Shown: one piece after another, positions 1 to 10,962 of the stretch | Position numbering within the stretch: position 1 is the first letter of the stretch | Layout of the letters: the number at the start of each line of letters is the position of its first letter | Assembly (NCBI GenBank): GCA_963824565.1 | Contig: CAWGQB010000027.1 | Coordinates: 92,548-156,547 of the forward strand | Length of the DNA stretch: 64,000 bases | Direction: 5' to 3' | From: an uncultured Pseudomonadota bacterium | Lineage (GTDB): Bacteria; Desulfobacterota; Binatia; Binatales; Binataceae | The notes under the pieces: generated by a model | The model's input: the letters and a program-made list of their open reading frames with translations, nothing else | The model's database searches: none | Told to the model about the DNA's origin: nothing | Position numbers and translations under genes: made by a program

Positions 1-399
1 GACGGCGTTATCGGGCTCCGAACCCGACCCGCCGCAGATCAGCCTTTCTTTAGCGATGTTTCGTAGCTTGTCTTCGACGTTGCGCGGTTTGAACTTGCGG
101 TACAGATCGATCAGCAGGCCCATGGTGTTGAAGTGCATGTTGATCGCCAAGGCGGTGGCGCCGCATCCTTGGGCCAGACGTTCCTGGGCCTTGATGCGCT
201 CGAGCAGGCTCGCGCCCAGGCCGCCCAATTCCTCGGGGATAGTCAGGACGCTGTAGCCGCTCTCTTTGAGCTTGGCGTAGTTTTCGTACGGGAACGAAGC
301 TTCCTCGTCGTGCTGGGCCGCGCGTGCCGCAAAGTCGTCAGCCAGTTCCGCCGCCAGATCAATAAAGCGTTGCTCACGCTCGGTATGAGTCTGTTCCAT
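1..399 (-). CDS. acyl-CoA dehydrogenase family protein, N-terminal part (gene runs off the left edge)
   Basis: Own minus-strand translation from ATG 399..397, with a GGAGGAGGG Shine-Dalgarno (SD) sequence just upstream: MEQTHTEREQRFIDLAAELADDFAARAAQHDEEASFPYENYAKLKESGYSVLTIPEELGGLGASLLERIKAQERLAQGCGATALAINMHFN... This is typical of the ACAD N-terminal domain. It is not in the ORF track because there is no stop codon in the window. Confidence 0.7.
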   Translation of the reverse strand, partial: MEQTHTEREQRFIDLAAELADDFAARAAQHDEEASFPYENYAKLKESGYSVLTIPEELGGLGASLLERIKAQERLAQGCGATALAINMHFNTMGLLIDLYRKFKPRNVEDKLRNIAKERLICGGSGSEPDNAV

Positions 400-686
400 T
401 GCCCTCCTCCTGCGGCGCCTGCTTCACGCAACCCCGGGAGCGCGCTCGTGATGAGATACGTCTCCCCGCCAGACCTAGCGCAACTGCGGGCGAGATAGAA
501 GGATTGGCGATGGTACGGTCTAGGCGTCCGCCAGTGGGCAGCGCCCCATGCAGTCCGCACGTCCCGAGGACGTGGAAAGGGGTAGCGGATGATCCGCTAC
601 CCCTGATCTATCGCCTACGCAAAAGGATGGATGCTGGCTTCGGCACTAACTTGGACCGAAAGTGCGGCCGAATCGGTCCGCCGGGC

Positions 687-2015
687 CTATTGCATTACCT
701 GCTGCATGCCGGCCGGCGTGCCCCAGCGGGTGAAGTCGTCAAAGCTCTTGGGCGCGTCCGAATTGATCAGCCCTCCGTCCTGTATATCGAGCGTCAGATG
801 GTTGTTCTGCACATCCCAAAAGGTGTAGATGCCGTCGCCGGGACCACCCGCGCCGGTCGAAACGTCGCCGTTGGTACCCGGAAGGGGCATTGGCCGGTAG
901 ACCGAAGGCCCGATCTTCCACAATTTCAGCCCGACGTCATAAAGATCCATCCAGATCGGCTGCCAGGTCTCTTTATCGATGAACGCCATGCGGCTGCCAT
1001 AGCAGTAACCGGCCTCCTTCGACGGCAACCGCCGCAGGTCGAGCAGGGCGACCGTCCTGACCTGCCACTTGACCGCATCCGGAGTGGGAAAGTACAGCGG
1101 CTTGTAATAGTTGGCGGTCTTGACATAACCGGCCTCGGGATAACCGACGAGGATCTTCTTGTATCCCAGAAACTTGGACTGAAAGATTGGCGGCTGAAGA
1201 TTCATCGAACGCTCGTCATCCTGAGTATAGTCACTACCGACCAACGGCGAGCATCGCGCCGCAGTGGTCAGACGGATCGAGCGGCGCAGCGACGGCACGA
1301 AAACGTAAGATTCCGGAAGGTCGCCTGGGTTGTCGTGGAAGATCTGCAGCGCGTTGACGTATTTGGACTGCTCGGGTTCCCAGATAACGTTGTTCTGAGT
1401 CAGGAATAGGTCCCCGGTATCCGGAATGTTCGTGGGTTTGCCCAGGTCGCTCAGGTGCTTGAGCTTGAAATTCACCTCGCGGACCTCAGTCTGGTACTTG
1501 TTGGCATACCGGTCCATCGAAAATCCCAGATGGCTATAAGTCGTAATAAGATACGGGATATACGCGTAATACTCGTTGTAGAGAACCTCAACTCCGGCGG
1601 CGGCTCCGCTCGGTTTCGGAAATGGTACACCGGCAACGTAGCCTTTGATGGAATAACCGCCATCCGAGTTTTGCACCAGCGACACCTGGCTGGCTAACTT
1701 CTCCGTATCCTCCTGATACTTCCTGGGCAGCGGAGTCGGAGCGGTCGGTTCCACTTCAACTACCGTTTCCGGCGGTAAACTCCAGGACAGCTTGCCGGCG
1801 AATAGTTGTTGCAATCCAGCCGGCATAAAGTTCTTGTACTGTTGCCAATTTTGGGGGGTGATCTTGGTACCCGGGGGAATGGTCGCCGAGGAATCGCCGG
1901 ACACCAGGGCGTCGTAACTCTCCTCACTCCAAGGGACCTGCGCTGCGGCGATGCTTGCGCAACACGACCAAATCAGTGCTGCTGCAATCAGAAAAATGGT
2001 GCTCCTTCCTTTCAT
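687..2015 (-). CDS. DUF1329 family secreted protein (LolA-like lipoprotein-sorting fold family)
   Basis: ORF track 687..2150, trimmed to M46 (ATG at 2015, SD GAGAGG). This gives the signal peptide MKGRSTIFLIAAALIWSCCASIAAAQ. The ~440-aa length and overall sequence character match my recollection of DUF1329. The gene ends in TAG. Confidence 0.7.
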   Translation of the reverse strand: MKGRSTIFLIAAALIWSCCASIAAAQVPWSEESYDALVSGDSSATIPPGTKITPQNWQQYKNFMPAGLQQLFAGKLSWSLPPETVVEVEPTAPTPLPRKYQEDTEKLASQVSLVQNSDGGYSIKGYVAGVPFPKPSGAAAGVEVLYNEYYAYIPYLITTYSHLGFSMDRYANKYQTEVREVNFKLKHLSDLGKPTNIPDTGDLFLTQNNVIWEPEQSKYVNALQIFHDNPGDLPESYVFVPSLRRSIRLTTAARCSPLVGSDYTQDDERSMNLQPPIFQSKFLGYKKILVGYPEAGYVKTANYYKPLYFPTPDAVKWQVRTVALLDLRRLPSKEAGYCYGSRMAFIDKETWQPIWMDLYDVGLKLWKIGPSVYRPMPLPGTNGDVSTGAGGPGDGIYTFWDVQNNHLTLDIQDGGLINSDAPKSFDDFTRWGTPAGMQQVMQ

Positions 2016-2266
2016 TCTAACCTCTCTAAAAATTGTATCTTGGTGGAACTTCTGACAGCCTTTGGCACGGAGTCGCACCAACCGCTCAGAGCGCGTGCAA
2101 TATTCCTGGCTTCCTGCTGTCATTCGGAGAGCGCGACTCGGCATAACCAAACATCAAGCAGCTTCAGCATCTCAAGCGTCCACGATCATAAGTTAGCCTT
2201 GTATCACGAAAGAGGCTAGTGCCAGTGGGCATTTTGCTGATCGTTACTGAACAAATGTTTCGAACT

Positions 2267-2281
2267 TTCGTTCCGAACGAA
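2267..2281. promoter_or_regulatory. candidate operator: perfect inverted repeat TTCGTTC-C-GAACGAA in the divergent DUF1329/amidohydrolase intergenic region
   Basis: Read directly from the sequence. It is flanked by a further TTCGAAC half-site at 2259-2265. No regulator gene is visible nearby. Confidence 0.3.
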
Positions 2282-2562
2282 CGTTTTAATTCGATCGGCA
2301 GGCGTCATCAAAATGGCGACACCGCTGCGTCCTCAAAGCCGGGAAAGAACACAGATCAAACCGGACCATGATCAGAGGGGATCAGAGCGCAGCCTCCATG
2401 GTTGGCCGTCTGGAAGGAGAATGCCTGCTCCGAATCTGCCGCGGACGGTGAGAGTCAGAAAATCAAAACCAAATTGCATCTGGTCTTCAGAAAAGTCTAT
2501 AAGGAGACGTTGATTCAACGCATCTGCCGCAGCGCCAGTTCTGCAAGGATGTAAGATGTGCC

Positions 2563-3696
2563 ATGGCTGATATTCCGAACCTTTACATCTCCGCCGACAG
2601 CCACGTGGTCGAGCCGAAGGAATTATGGCTTACGCGGATGGACCAGCGCTTCCGCGACCGCGCACCGCATATCGAAAGCCGTCCCGACGGCGACTACTTT
2701 GCTATCGAAGGAATCGAGCCTTTTTCCATCAGCCCCCTCGGCGCGATGATCCAGGACAAGATCGCCGGCAAGGAGATCAGCACGCGCGCGGGCAAGCGGG
2801 CCGAAGACGTCCGCGCCGGGGCCTGGCAGGCTGATGCCCGCCTGGCCGACCAGGAACTGGATCACATCCGCGCCGAAGTCCTGTACCCGGGCTACGGGCT
2901 CGTAATCTTCGGGGCACCAGACCCCGAATACCAACTCGCCTGTTTCCAATGCTACAATGATTGGCTTAGCGATTTCTGCGTCGAGCTGGACGGACGCGCG
3001 GCGGGCGCGGCGGTTCTTCCGGGCAACTGTCCGATCGAGGTGATGATCAAAGAGGCTCGGCGTATCGCCAAAAAACCCGGCCTGACATCCGTCATGCTGG
3101 TAAATAACCCCGTCGGACGTACCTATACATCACCCGAGTACGAGCCCTTCTGGACCGCGATTACGGACTTGAATCTGCCGATCGCCATCCACATGGGCAC
3201 CAGCACCCGCGAACAACTCAAGGATCGGATTGAACGGTTCGGCGGCGTTTACGGCGTGCACCTGGTGGACAACCGGATGGGCAACGCGATGCGCCTGCTC
3301 GCTCAGCTCACCTTCGGCGCCGTTACTCAGCGTTTTCCGAGGCTGCGCTTCGTGATGGTCGAGAGTGGCATCGGCTGGATTGCCGGGGTGCTGCACTTTT
3401 TGGATCACTGGTGGACCGACAACCGCCACTGGATGGAACCGCGCACCGACGAGAAGCCAAGCTTCTTCTTCAAGCGCAACTTCTGGGTTACCTTCGAAGA
3501 CGACCGCGCCGGAATCCTCACCCGCCATCTGCTCAACCTCGATCATCTGATGTGGGGGTCGGACTATCCGCACACGGAGGGCACCTTTCCGCACTCGCGC
3601 GAGCAGATCGCGCGCGATTTCGCCGATGTGCCACCCGATGAGGTGCGCAAACTGGTCTCCGGCAATGCCGCTGTCCTTTATGGTTTTGGTCAATGA
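2563..3696 (+). CDS. amidohydrolase-2 (ACMSD-like metal-dependent hydrolase) family protein
   Basis: 377-aa ORF. The N-terminal ISADSHVVEP motif (metal-binding His), internal HMGT and the C-terminal WGSDYPH motif are typical of PF04909-type amidohydrolases. Confidence 0.8.
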   Translation: MADIPNLYISADSHVVEPKELWLTRMDQRFRDRAPHIESRPDGDYFAIEGIEPFSISPLGAMIQDKIAGKEISTRAGKRAEDVRAGAWQADARLADQELDHIRAEVLYPGYGLVIFGAPDPEYQLACFQCYNDWLSDFCVELDGRAAGAAVLPGNCPIEVMIKEARRIAKKPGLTSVMLVNNPVGRTYTSPEYEPFWTAITDLNLPIAIHMGTSTREQLKDRIERFGGVYGVHLVDNRMGNAMRLLAQLTFGAVTQRFPRLRFVMVESGIGWIAGVLHFLDHWWTDNRHWMEPRTDEKPSFFFKRNFWVTFEDDRAGILTRHLLNLDHLMWGSDYPHTEGTFPHSREQIARDFADVPPDEVRKLVSGNAAVLYGFGQ

Positions 3697-3814
3697 TGGC
3701 AGCACTTCAAATCGCCGCGCGTGCGTTCTTCAAAGGCCAACAGTTCATCTCTCTAAAGGAGGGTGAGCCGCTTTAAGTTTGCTCTGGAGATCGATGAAGC
3801 GCACTGATCGGGCG

Positions 3815-4113
3815 TCAATGCACTAGTAACCACATCGCCACGGCGCCGACCGCTATCGCCGCCACAACCCATCCAACCGTGGCGTGGTTAACGCCGGCCT
3901 CGCGGTGCGCGGAATGGACTCCGGTGTGATACCCGGTCGACGATGTATAGTAAATTCCCGTGCCAGGGATACCGACGTGCGGCGGATACCGCGCCGGCCA
4001 ATAGTTACATGCGCGCCCCGCACACCGACGCTCAAGCTGGGTCCGGACTTCGAGACGTTAACCGTCAGGCCCGGGGAGATGTGAACGCGGCGATAAAAGC
4101 GGAAGCTACCCAT
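3815..4113 (-). pseudogene. DUF4236 domain protein with a 1-nt frame break near 3974-3980
   Basis: The N-terminus MGSFRFYRRVHISPGLTVNVSKSGPSLSVGVRGAHVTIGRRGIRRT is the DUF4236 signature. The expected continuation VGIPGTGIYYTSSTGYHTG...AAIAVGAVAMWLLVH* lies in another frame and ends at TGA 3817..3815. Confidence 0.55.
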
Positions 4114-4141
4114 CGCTGTTAGAAACCTTTTTTTAGAATTC

Positions 4142-4348
4142 TCAGCCCTCGCAGTTTTCCTTGGTCCAGCTGGCCGCCCACGGCGACAGGTGGCTCACGC
4201 AGTCTCTCACCGCGGCCTCATAGCTAACGCATGCAGCCTGGCTACCGCTTTGGCATTGGACGCGCAGTTCGGCATTATGGCTAGCCAAAACCGGCGTGCA
4301 GCCACTCAACATGACAGCGCCCACAAGGATCAGGTTGCGGCGTAACAT
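4142..4348 (-). CDS. small Cys-containing lipoprotein (hypothetical)
   Basis: ORF track 4142..4432, trimmed to ATG 4348 (SD GGGAGA). The lipobox is MLRRNLILVGAVMLSGC, and the mature part has four further Cys. No family recognised. Confidence 0.45.
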   Translation of the reverse strand: MLRRNLILVGAVMLSGCTPVLASHNAELRVQCQSGSQAACVSYEAAVRDCVSHLSPWAASWTKENCEG

Positions 4349-4764
4349 CTCAGGTCTCCCATTATTGTGGCCGTTTTCTCCCTTCGGCAACGACTGCGGC
4401 TGTTCAGTCTGGGCCGTTGGATTTCTGTACACGATCGGCCCGATGGGCCTGAGTCCGTCGATTGGAAACCATGCGGAGTCGCACGATCATACTGGAGGCC
4501 AACAACTATAGCCACATCGCGTGTGAGCTCCGCCGCCGAGGCCGTCACTTCGGGCGCTCCAGCCCTTCCTGACCTTTTGGTCCTTAAGGCGTACACCTTT
4601 ACCCGGCGATTCGGCCCGCCAATCCCGCTTGACCACCACGACGCTATGCTGCGGTGATCTGGTCTGATGGCCGCACCATGAAGCGCGCTCCGGCCAGATG
4701 TTTGAACTCCGCACAAACAAAGAGTCTTCCGGCGGGCCATAATCGACGATGATGAGCACTATGT

Positions 4765-5201
4765 TTACGCCATAGCCCTACCTTGAAGTGGAAGTTCAGT
4801 CGGGGCAATCAGAGACAGCTTGGGAAAATAAGTACGGTAGCGCGCCGCATCCCGTGTCATCAGCGGATATCCGGCAACGGCCGCATGGGCGCCAATGAAA
4901 AAATCCGGAAGCGGGGAGGCTTTGTTCCGCCTCGCCGCCGATAGGTAAAGAATGACTTTCCTGCGAGAAAGGCGGCTTCGTACGGGATTGCCTCACGGTC
5001 GAACATGGATTTCGGAAGCGCGGCGTCGAGCTCCTCGATCCGCGAATACCGAATCGAGACCTCGGCATAAATGACCGGATTGATGACAAGGCGATAGCGG
5101 TCGGCGGCATGCTCGAGGGCTTCCGCGGACCACGCGAGCCAACGCGCGTCTTCCGTCATGACGTCGAGAAGAACGTTGGCGTCAACCAGTATCGCCGTCA
5201 T
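4765..5201 (-). pseudogene. vapC: PIN-domain toxin VapC, frame break near 4913-4923
   Basis: The N-terminus MTAILVDANVLLDV... carries the PIN acidic residue. After ...YRRRGGTK the expected C-terminus [39 protein letters not shown] continues in another frame to TAA 4767..4765. The break sits at a GGGG run. Confidence 0.7.
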
Positions 5202-5435
5202 TCAGTCATCGCGGGTCAGCGCCATGATTGCGTCCGTGCTCATCGCAACATCGCCGCGGCCCCGCAAATGGGCGACAAGACGGGCGCCGCGACCATCGCT
5301 CTTACGGGCTTTGGCGCGAACGATGCGCACGACCTTGCCATCGAACTCGAATTCCACTTCTGTCTGTGGCAGCAGACCCGCCCGCTCGCGGATTTCAGCC
5401 GGAATGGTCACCTGACCTTTGGATGTGATGCGCAC
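5202..5435 (-). CDS. vapB: AbrB/SpoVT-fold antitoxin VapB
   Basis: MRITSKGQVTIPAEIRERAGL is the SpoVT/AbrB looped-hinge helix signature. GTG start at 5435 with SD AAGGAGG. The stop abuts the vapC ATG (TGAATG). Confidence 0.8.
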   Translation of the reverse strand: MRITSKGQVTIPAEIRERAGLLPQTEVEFEFDGKVVRIVRAKARKSDGRGARLVAHLRGRGDVAMSTDAIMALTRDD

Positions 5436-5440
5436 GGAGC

Positions 5441-5470
5441 CTCCTTACTCTTACATGTAAGAGTAAGGAG
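5441..5470. promoter_or_regulatory. 30-bp perfect palindrome overlapping the vapB SD (candidate VapB operator / RBS-sequestering hairpin)
   Basis: CTCCTTACTCTTACATGTAAGAGTAAGGAG equals its own reverse complement, checked base by base. It ends 5 nt upstream of the vapB GTG. Confidence 0.5.
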
Positions 5471-5601
5471 GTCGGCATCGATTTGCAAGGCTTGGCCACT
5501 CGGCGCCTGCGAACCAAGCGAGCATGGCTCCTCGAGCACAGCAGCAGGGCTGATCGCAAAGCCGGCCGCCGCGGAAGGCCACGGGGTGCTGTAGCGTAGG
5601 A

Positions 5602-5690
5602 TGGCGGAGGGGGTGGGATTCGAACCCACGGTGATCTCACGCCACGCCGGTTTTCAAGACCGGTGCCTTCAACCGCTCGGCCACCCCTCC
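5602..5690 (-). tRNA. tRNA-Ser (anticodon UGA), CCA encoded
   Basis: Reverse complement: GGAGGGGTGGCCGAGCGGTTGAAGGCACCGGTCTTGAAAACCGGCGTGGCGTGAGATCACCGTGGGTTCGAATCCCACCCCCTCCGCCA. It has a 7-bp acceptor stem GGAGGGG/CCCCTCC, anticodon loop CT-TGA-AA, a long variable arm and a GTTCGAATC T-loop. Confidence 0.9.
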
Positions 5691-6359
5691 AAGTCTTGTG
5701 CTCAAGCAATTATCGCATTCCCGAGCCTGGCGCTACGCTTTGAGTGCCCACTTAATGCCCACTTTTTCTCGGTTTCCGCCGCTGTGCCCACATTGCCCAG
5801 AATCATCTGGCTGAGCCGGCCAACCGCCCCGCTGTCCACCGTCTTGAACCAGTGGCGGTAGATGCGCAGCGCGTCCCACTGTCGCCAGGCTTCGACATAA
5901 ACGTTGTCCTGCATACCGAACGCCCCATCTGCGGATCACACAAGGCGCGTATGAGATTGCGTCTCGCTCGGCTTTTTTGGTTTTGACAAGTTTCCTGCCA
6001 TGGTACGTAACACAAGGCCGTCCTTTGCCATTGCGTCGAAGAGGGCGACTCCCCGGCGCGATAGCGAGTGTCAGTTGAAAACGGTAGGCGAGCCGATCAG
6101 CCTTTTTACTGGCTTGCCTGATTCCTGCGTTAAGAGGGCGCGAGCGGGCAAGGTAAATTCGGTGGCGACTACGGTTAGGCACGCCTCAACCAAAGCTCCA
6201 CGCCGCTATCGCGGGTTTAGTTCATGAAGCCGCGTGTGTTCTGAGGTATCTCTACGATAGCATCGAAAAACTTTGGGGGAGCTCGACGATTTTGAGTTTG
6301 GCCAGATAGATTATCGGGAGCCCCTGGAACCGCTGTGATTGGCCGCCGGTAACCGCCGC

Positions 6360-9300
6360 TCAGCGGTGGGCGCCGCTGGCTGCAGCCCGGGTTTCATCGC
6401 TTACCACACTGACCGGGCGAGCCGGCCGCTCGGCCGGAACTTCATGGGAGCCGGTAAACCAGCGAATCACGTTGTAGAACACGGGAGTCATGAAGACTCC
6501 GAAGAACGTCACGCCAATCATGCCGAAGAAAACCACGGTGCCCAGTGCCTGACGCATCTCGGCGCCGGCGCCGCCCGCGGTAATTAGCGGAATAACGCCG
6601 AAGATAAAGGCCAGGCTGGTCATGACGATTGGCCGCAAGCGGAGGTTGGCCGCTTCGACCACCGCGTCGACCGGTTTTATCCCGTGGTGCTGCTCCTCCT
6701 GCTGTTTGGCGAATTCGACGATCAGCACCGCGTTCTTGACGCTCATCCCGGCCAGCACGACAAACCCGATCTGCGTGAAGATGTTGTTATCCATTTGGTA
6801 GGCCCAGACCCCGGCGATCCCGCACAGCAGACACATCGGGACGATCAGAATGATTGCGGTGGAGAGCGCGAAGCTTTCGTATTCCGCGGAGTGGGTCAGC
6901 CAGACAAACAGAATACAGAGCGGAAAGACCAGAACCGCCAGGCCGCTGGCAGCCTTTTCCTGGTAGGCCAGATCGGTCCAGTCAAAGCCGAACTGCCGCG
7001 GCAATTGGGTCCGGGCCAGGTCCTCCATCGCCGCCAGGCTCTGGCCGCTGCTGTAGCCGGGCGCGGTGGTGCCATCGAGGTCGGCCGCTGTGTACAGATC
7101 GTAGCGTTGGATGCGGTCGGGACCGACGATATCCTTGATTTCGGATACCGCGCTCAGTGGAATCATCTGGCCGGTGGTGCTGCGGGTCTCCAGTCGGCCA
7201 ATCTGGGCGACGGTCGCGCGGAAGGGGGCGTCGGCCTGGGCGACCACATGCCAGGTGCGGCCGAGATAGTTGAAGTTGTTGATGTAGTAGCTGCCCAGAT
7301 AGACCTGTAGCGCCTGGAAGATATCGGTGACCGGCACGTTCTCGTCCTTGGCCTTGACCCGATCGACGTTGATGTAAAGCTGGGGAACATTGGCGCGGAA
7401 GGTGGTGAACGCCCGGCCAATCTCCGGTCGCTTGCGCGCCGCCGCGATCAGGTGTTCGGTCACCGCCTCCAGCTGCTGCGGGGTGGCGGCGCCGGAGCGA
7501 TCCTCTACCTCCATGGTGAAGCCGCCGGCATTGCCCAGTCCTCTGACCGGCGGGGGCATCAATACCAGCCCGAAGCCGCCCTGGATGCGGGCATACTTGC
7601 GATTGATCTGCGCCACGAGTGCGGCGGCGTCCATCCCGGGCTTGCCGGCGCGTTCGCTGAAGGGCAACAGGCGCAGGAACAGGAACCCTGCGGCGGAGGA
7701 GTTGGAGCGCGACAGAACCGAAAAGCCCGCCACCGCGAAGGTCCCATCGACCCCCTTGGTCTGCAACGCGGCCTGGGCCATTTGCGATACCACCGCGCTG
7801 GTGCGCGAGATCGACGATGCGTCGGGCATCTGCACATTGACCACCAGAAAGCCCTGGTCCTGGGTTGGAATATAACCGGTGGGCACAATCTTGAAGAGGT
7901 GGTAAGCGAGATAACCCAACCCGACGTAAACCAGCAGCACCAGGCCCGTGTAGCGCACGACGCGGCGCAAGGCCCGCAGGTAGCCGCGGTTAGTGGCCTC
8001 GAAACCCCAGTTGAACAGCCGGAAGAACCATCCAAACAAGAGGTCAAGAATGCGGCCCAACCAGTCCTGCTTGGCCCCGGGCGGCTTGAGCAGCAGGGCC
8101 GACAGCGAGGGGCTGAGGGTGAGCGAATTGAACGCCGACAGCAGGGTCGAAAACGCGATGGTCAAGGCGAACTGCTGGTAGAAGCGACCGGTGATGCCGG
8201 GAATGAAGGCGACGGGAATGAATACCGCCGACAGGCCGAAGGCGATGGCAATGACGGCCGGGGTAACCTCATCCATCGCGCGCCGGGCGGCCTCGCGCGG
8301 AGTCAGTCCCTGTTCCAGCCAGCGCTGGACGTTTTCGACCACCACGATCGCGTCATCCACCACGATGCCGATCGCCAGCACCAGGCCGAACAGCGACAGC
8401 ATATTGAGGGAGAAATGCATCAGCCACATCACCGCGAAGGTCCCGATCAGGGACACCGGAATGGCCAGGATCGGCACCAGCGCGGCGCGCCAGTTTTGCA
8501 GGAAGACCAGCACCACCAGCGCCACCAGCCCGACCGCGATCAGCAGGGTGCGGATGAGGTCGCGGATGCTCTCGCGCACGAACGGGGTGGTATCGTGAGC
8601 GATGGCATAGTCCAACCCGGGCGGAAATCGGCGCTTGAGTTCCCGCAACTTGGCGTAGATTGCATTGGCGGTATTGATGGCGTTGGTGCCCGGCAGCTGG
8701 AACACCGCCAGGCCCACCGCCGGATGGCCGTTGTAGCTCAGAGTAGTACTGTAGTCGGCCGCCCCCAGTTCGACCCGGGCGACGTCCTTGAGCCGGGTGA
8801 TGCGCCCACCGCTACCGACCTTGACCACGATATCTTCGAACTGCGCGGGATCGGTAAGCTGGCCCTGGGCATTCAGGGTGTACTGAAAGGCGGAACTTCT
8901 GAGCGGGGAGCGGCGGGCCGCCGACGATCCCGGCGGCAACCTGGACGTTCTGTTCCTGGATCGCGTTGATCACATCGCCCACGGTCATATTGCGGACCGA
9001 CAACTGGTCGGGGTTGAGCCACAACCGCATCGAGTAGTCGCGGACGCCGAAGATGTTGATGTCGCCCACTCCCGGCAGACGCGCGATCTGGTCTTTGATC
9101 TGGAGCGTAACGTAGTTGCTGACGAACAGGGCGTCGTGCGAGCTGTCGGGCGAGTAGAACGCGATCGCCAAGGTTATGTCGGGCGAAGCCTTCTTGACGA
9201 TTACTCCCTGCTGCTGCACCTCGATCGGGGAGCTGCGGAAGGGCAATCGCCACCCGGTTCTGAACCTGTACCTGGGCGACGTCAAGATTGGTGCCGACCT

Positions 9301-9589
9301 TGAAGGTAACGGTCAGAGTGAGATTGCCGGTGTTGGTCGACTGGCTCGACATGTAGAGCATGTTTTCCACGCCGTTGACCTGTTCTTCGATCGGCGTAGC
9401 GACCGTCTTGGCCACGGTTTCGGCATTGGCCCCGGGATAGGTCGCACTGACGGTCACGGTGGGCGGCACGATTTCCGGGTACTGCGACACCGGCAGCGTC
9501 ATGGCGGCGATCGAGCCCGCGATAATCGTGACGATCGAAATGACCATCGCGAAGACCGGACGATCGATAAAGAAATGCGCAATCTTCAC
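6360..9589 (-). pseudogene. RND (HAE1, AcrB/MexB-like) inner-membrane permease, two frame breaks (about 8905-8908 and 9227-9230)
   Basis: Three ORF-track pieces join into one RND protein. The pieces are (V)[18 protein letters not shown]...[11 protein letters not shown], then [19 protein letters not shown]...[11 protein letters not shown], then [14 protein letters not shown]...VVDDAIVVVENV... The GTG start at 9589 overlaps the adaptor stop (GTGA). Both breaks are at GGGG runs. Confidence 0.85.
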
Positions 9590-10853
9590 GGCCGGGCCTC
9601 CGTGGTCGGATGGGTTGCCGGGTTGGCCACCGGTTCTATCTGCGGCAGTTGCGCGGCCATTATCTGATGTTCGCCCATGCCGTCCAGGACCAGTTGAGAG
9701 GGGCCGGAAATTGGCACCTCCTGGGGCCTGACCCGGCTGCCGGGGAAGGCCATCTGCAGGCCGCTGACGATCACTTTTTCCCCGGTTTGAGCCCCTGGTC
9801 GATTGCCCGCAAGTCGCCAAACAGCACCCCGCGTGTGACCGGCCGCCGCTCGACGATGTCGTTGGGCCCGACTATCAGCAGGTAGCGTTCGTTCTGATCG
9901 GCGCTGAGCGCCGAATCCGGCACCAGCAGGGCACGGTAGCGTCCGCTGGCCGGAATGCGGGTGACGGCGAACAGCCCAGGGATCAAAAGCGCGGTGGGAT
10001 TGGGCACCACGCAGCGCATTTGCACAGTCCCGGTGTTGACGTCGACTTGATTGTCGATGAAATCAATCACGCCCTGGTGATCGTATTGGGTCTCGTCTTC
10101 CAGTTTGAGGAAACACGGGACTTTGGCTCCGGCAACAGTGCCCTCCTTGTTGCCCAGCGCCAGCTGCTGGTAACGCAGGGCGATGTCCTGAGGCACATTG
10201 ATGTAGGTGTAGAGCGGATCGATCGATACGATCGTGGTGAGGATGGTGGTGCCTTGCCCCGAGCCCCCGTTGACCAGGTTGCCAACCGTCACATCGATCC
10301 GGCTGATACGGCCGCTGATGGGTGCCCGCACGTCGGTCCATTCCAGGTTCAGGCGGGAAGTTTCCAGCGCGGCCTCGGCCGCGTTCAGCGAGGCGACCGC
10401 CTCCTCGTAAGCCGCCTTGGCGTTGTCGTGTTCTTCGGTCGATATCACGTGCAACCGGCTGAGCGTGATGTAGCGCTGGTAGTGCACCCGGGTTTGATCG
10501 ACCGTGGCTTTGGCTTGCGCCACCGCGGCCTTTTTGTTGTCGAGATCGGCCTGGAAGGGACGCGGGTCAATCTTGAACAACAGGTCGCCCTTGTGGATCA
10601 GCGCGCCTTCGCGGAAGGGGGCCTCTTCGATCAAGCCGCTGACCCGTGCTTTGACATTGACGGTTTCGGGCGAGGCAAGGTAGGAGCTGTAGTCGTTCCA
10701 ACGAATGACTTCGCGCTCGAGCGGCTGGCTGACAGTGACCGCCGGCGGCGGGGGCGGTGGGGGGGCAGTGGCGCGCTGGCAGCCCGCCGCCACCATCACG
10801 GCCACCACCAGCAGCAGCGCAGCAGAACCAAGGCTTTTTGAAATAGGCTTCAT
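9586..10853 (-). pseudogene. RND periplasmic adaptor (MFP) lipoprotein, frame break at the run tttttcccc (9775-9783)
   Basis: Lipobox MKPISKSLGSAALLLVVAVMVAAGC, followed by typical coiled-coil and beta-barrel MFP sequence. The C-terminus ...GLKPG then continues as (E)[21 protein letters not shown]... in the frame of ORF 9586..9774. Confidence 0.75.
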
Positions 10854-10962
10854 TCGGGGCTTGGGTTTAAGACGTTAGATAGATTGTTAAAATCGCGCGC
10901 GCGTGTTACGGGGTGAGGATAGTCGGGAAAGCCGAGGAAATACCAGCCGAATTTTTGGCCCC

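Noticed and set aside
5702-6182. Overlapping minus-strand ORFs next to the 5' side of tRNA-Ser. I considered a degraded tyrosine integrase (for example the strings YRFQLTL and KKAERD).
   Set aside because: I translated all three frames by hand and found no coherent integrase N-terminal (DUF4102-like) or catalytic motifs. The location is also on the 5' side of the tRNA rather than the usual 3' side.
7452-8969. 505-aa ORF on the plus strand, one of the longest in the track.
   Set aside because: It lies entirely antisense to the RND permease, whose translation has unmistakable family motifs. Its own product is low-complexity and Arg/Gly/His/Gln-rich, which is typical of a high-G+C shadow ORF. 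The same reasoning applies to 399..1409(+), 10020..10841(+), 19407..20360(-), 23207..24211(+), 41744..42541(-), 43404..44027(-), 54965..55645(-) and 58983..59594(-).
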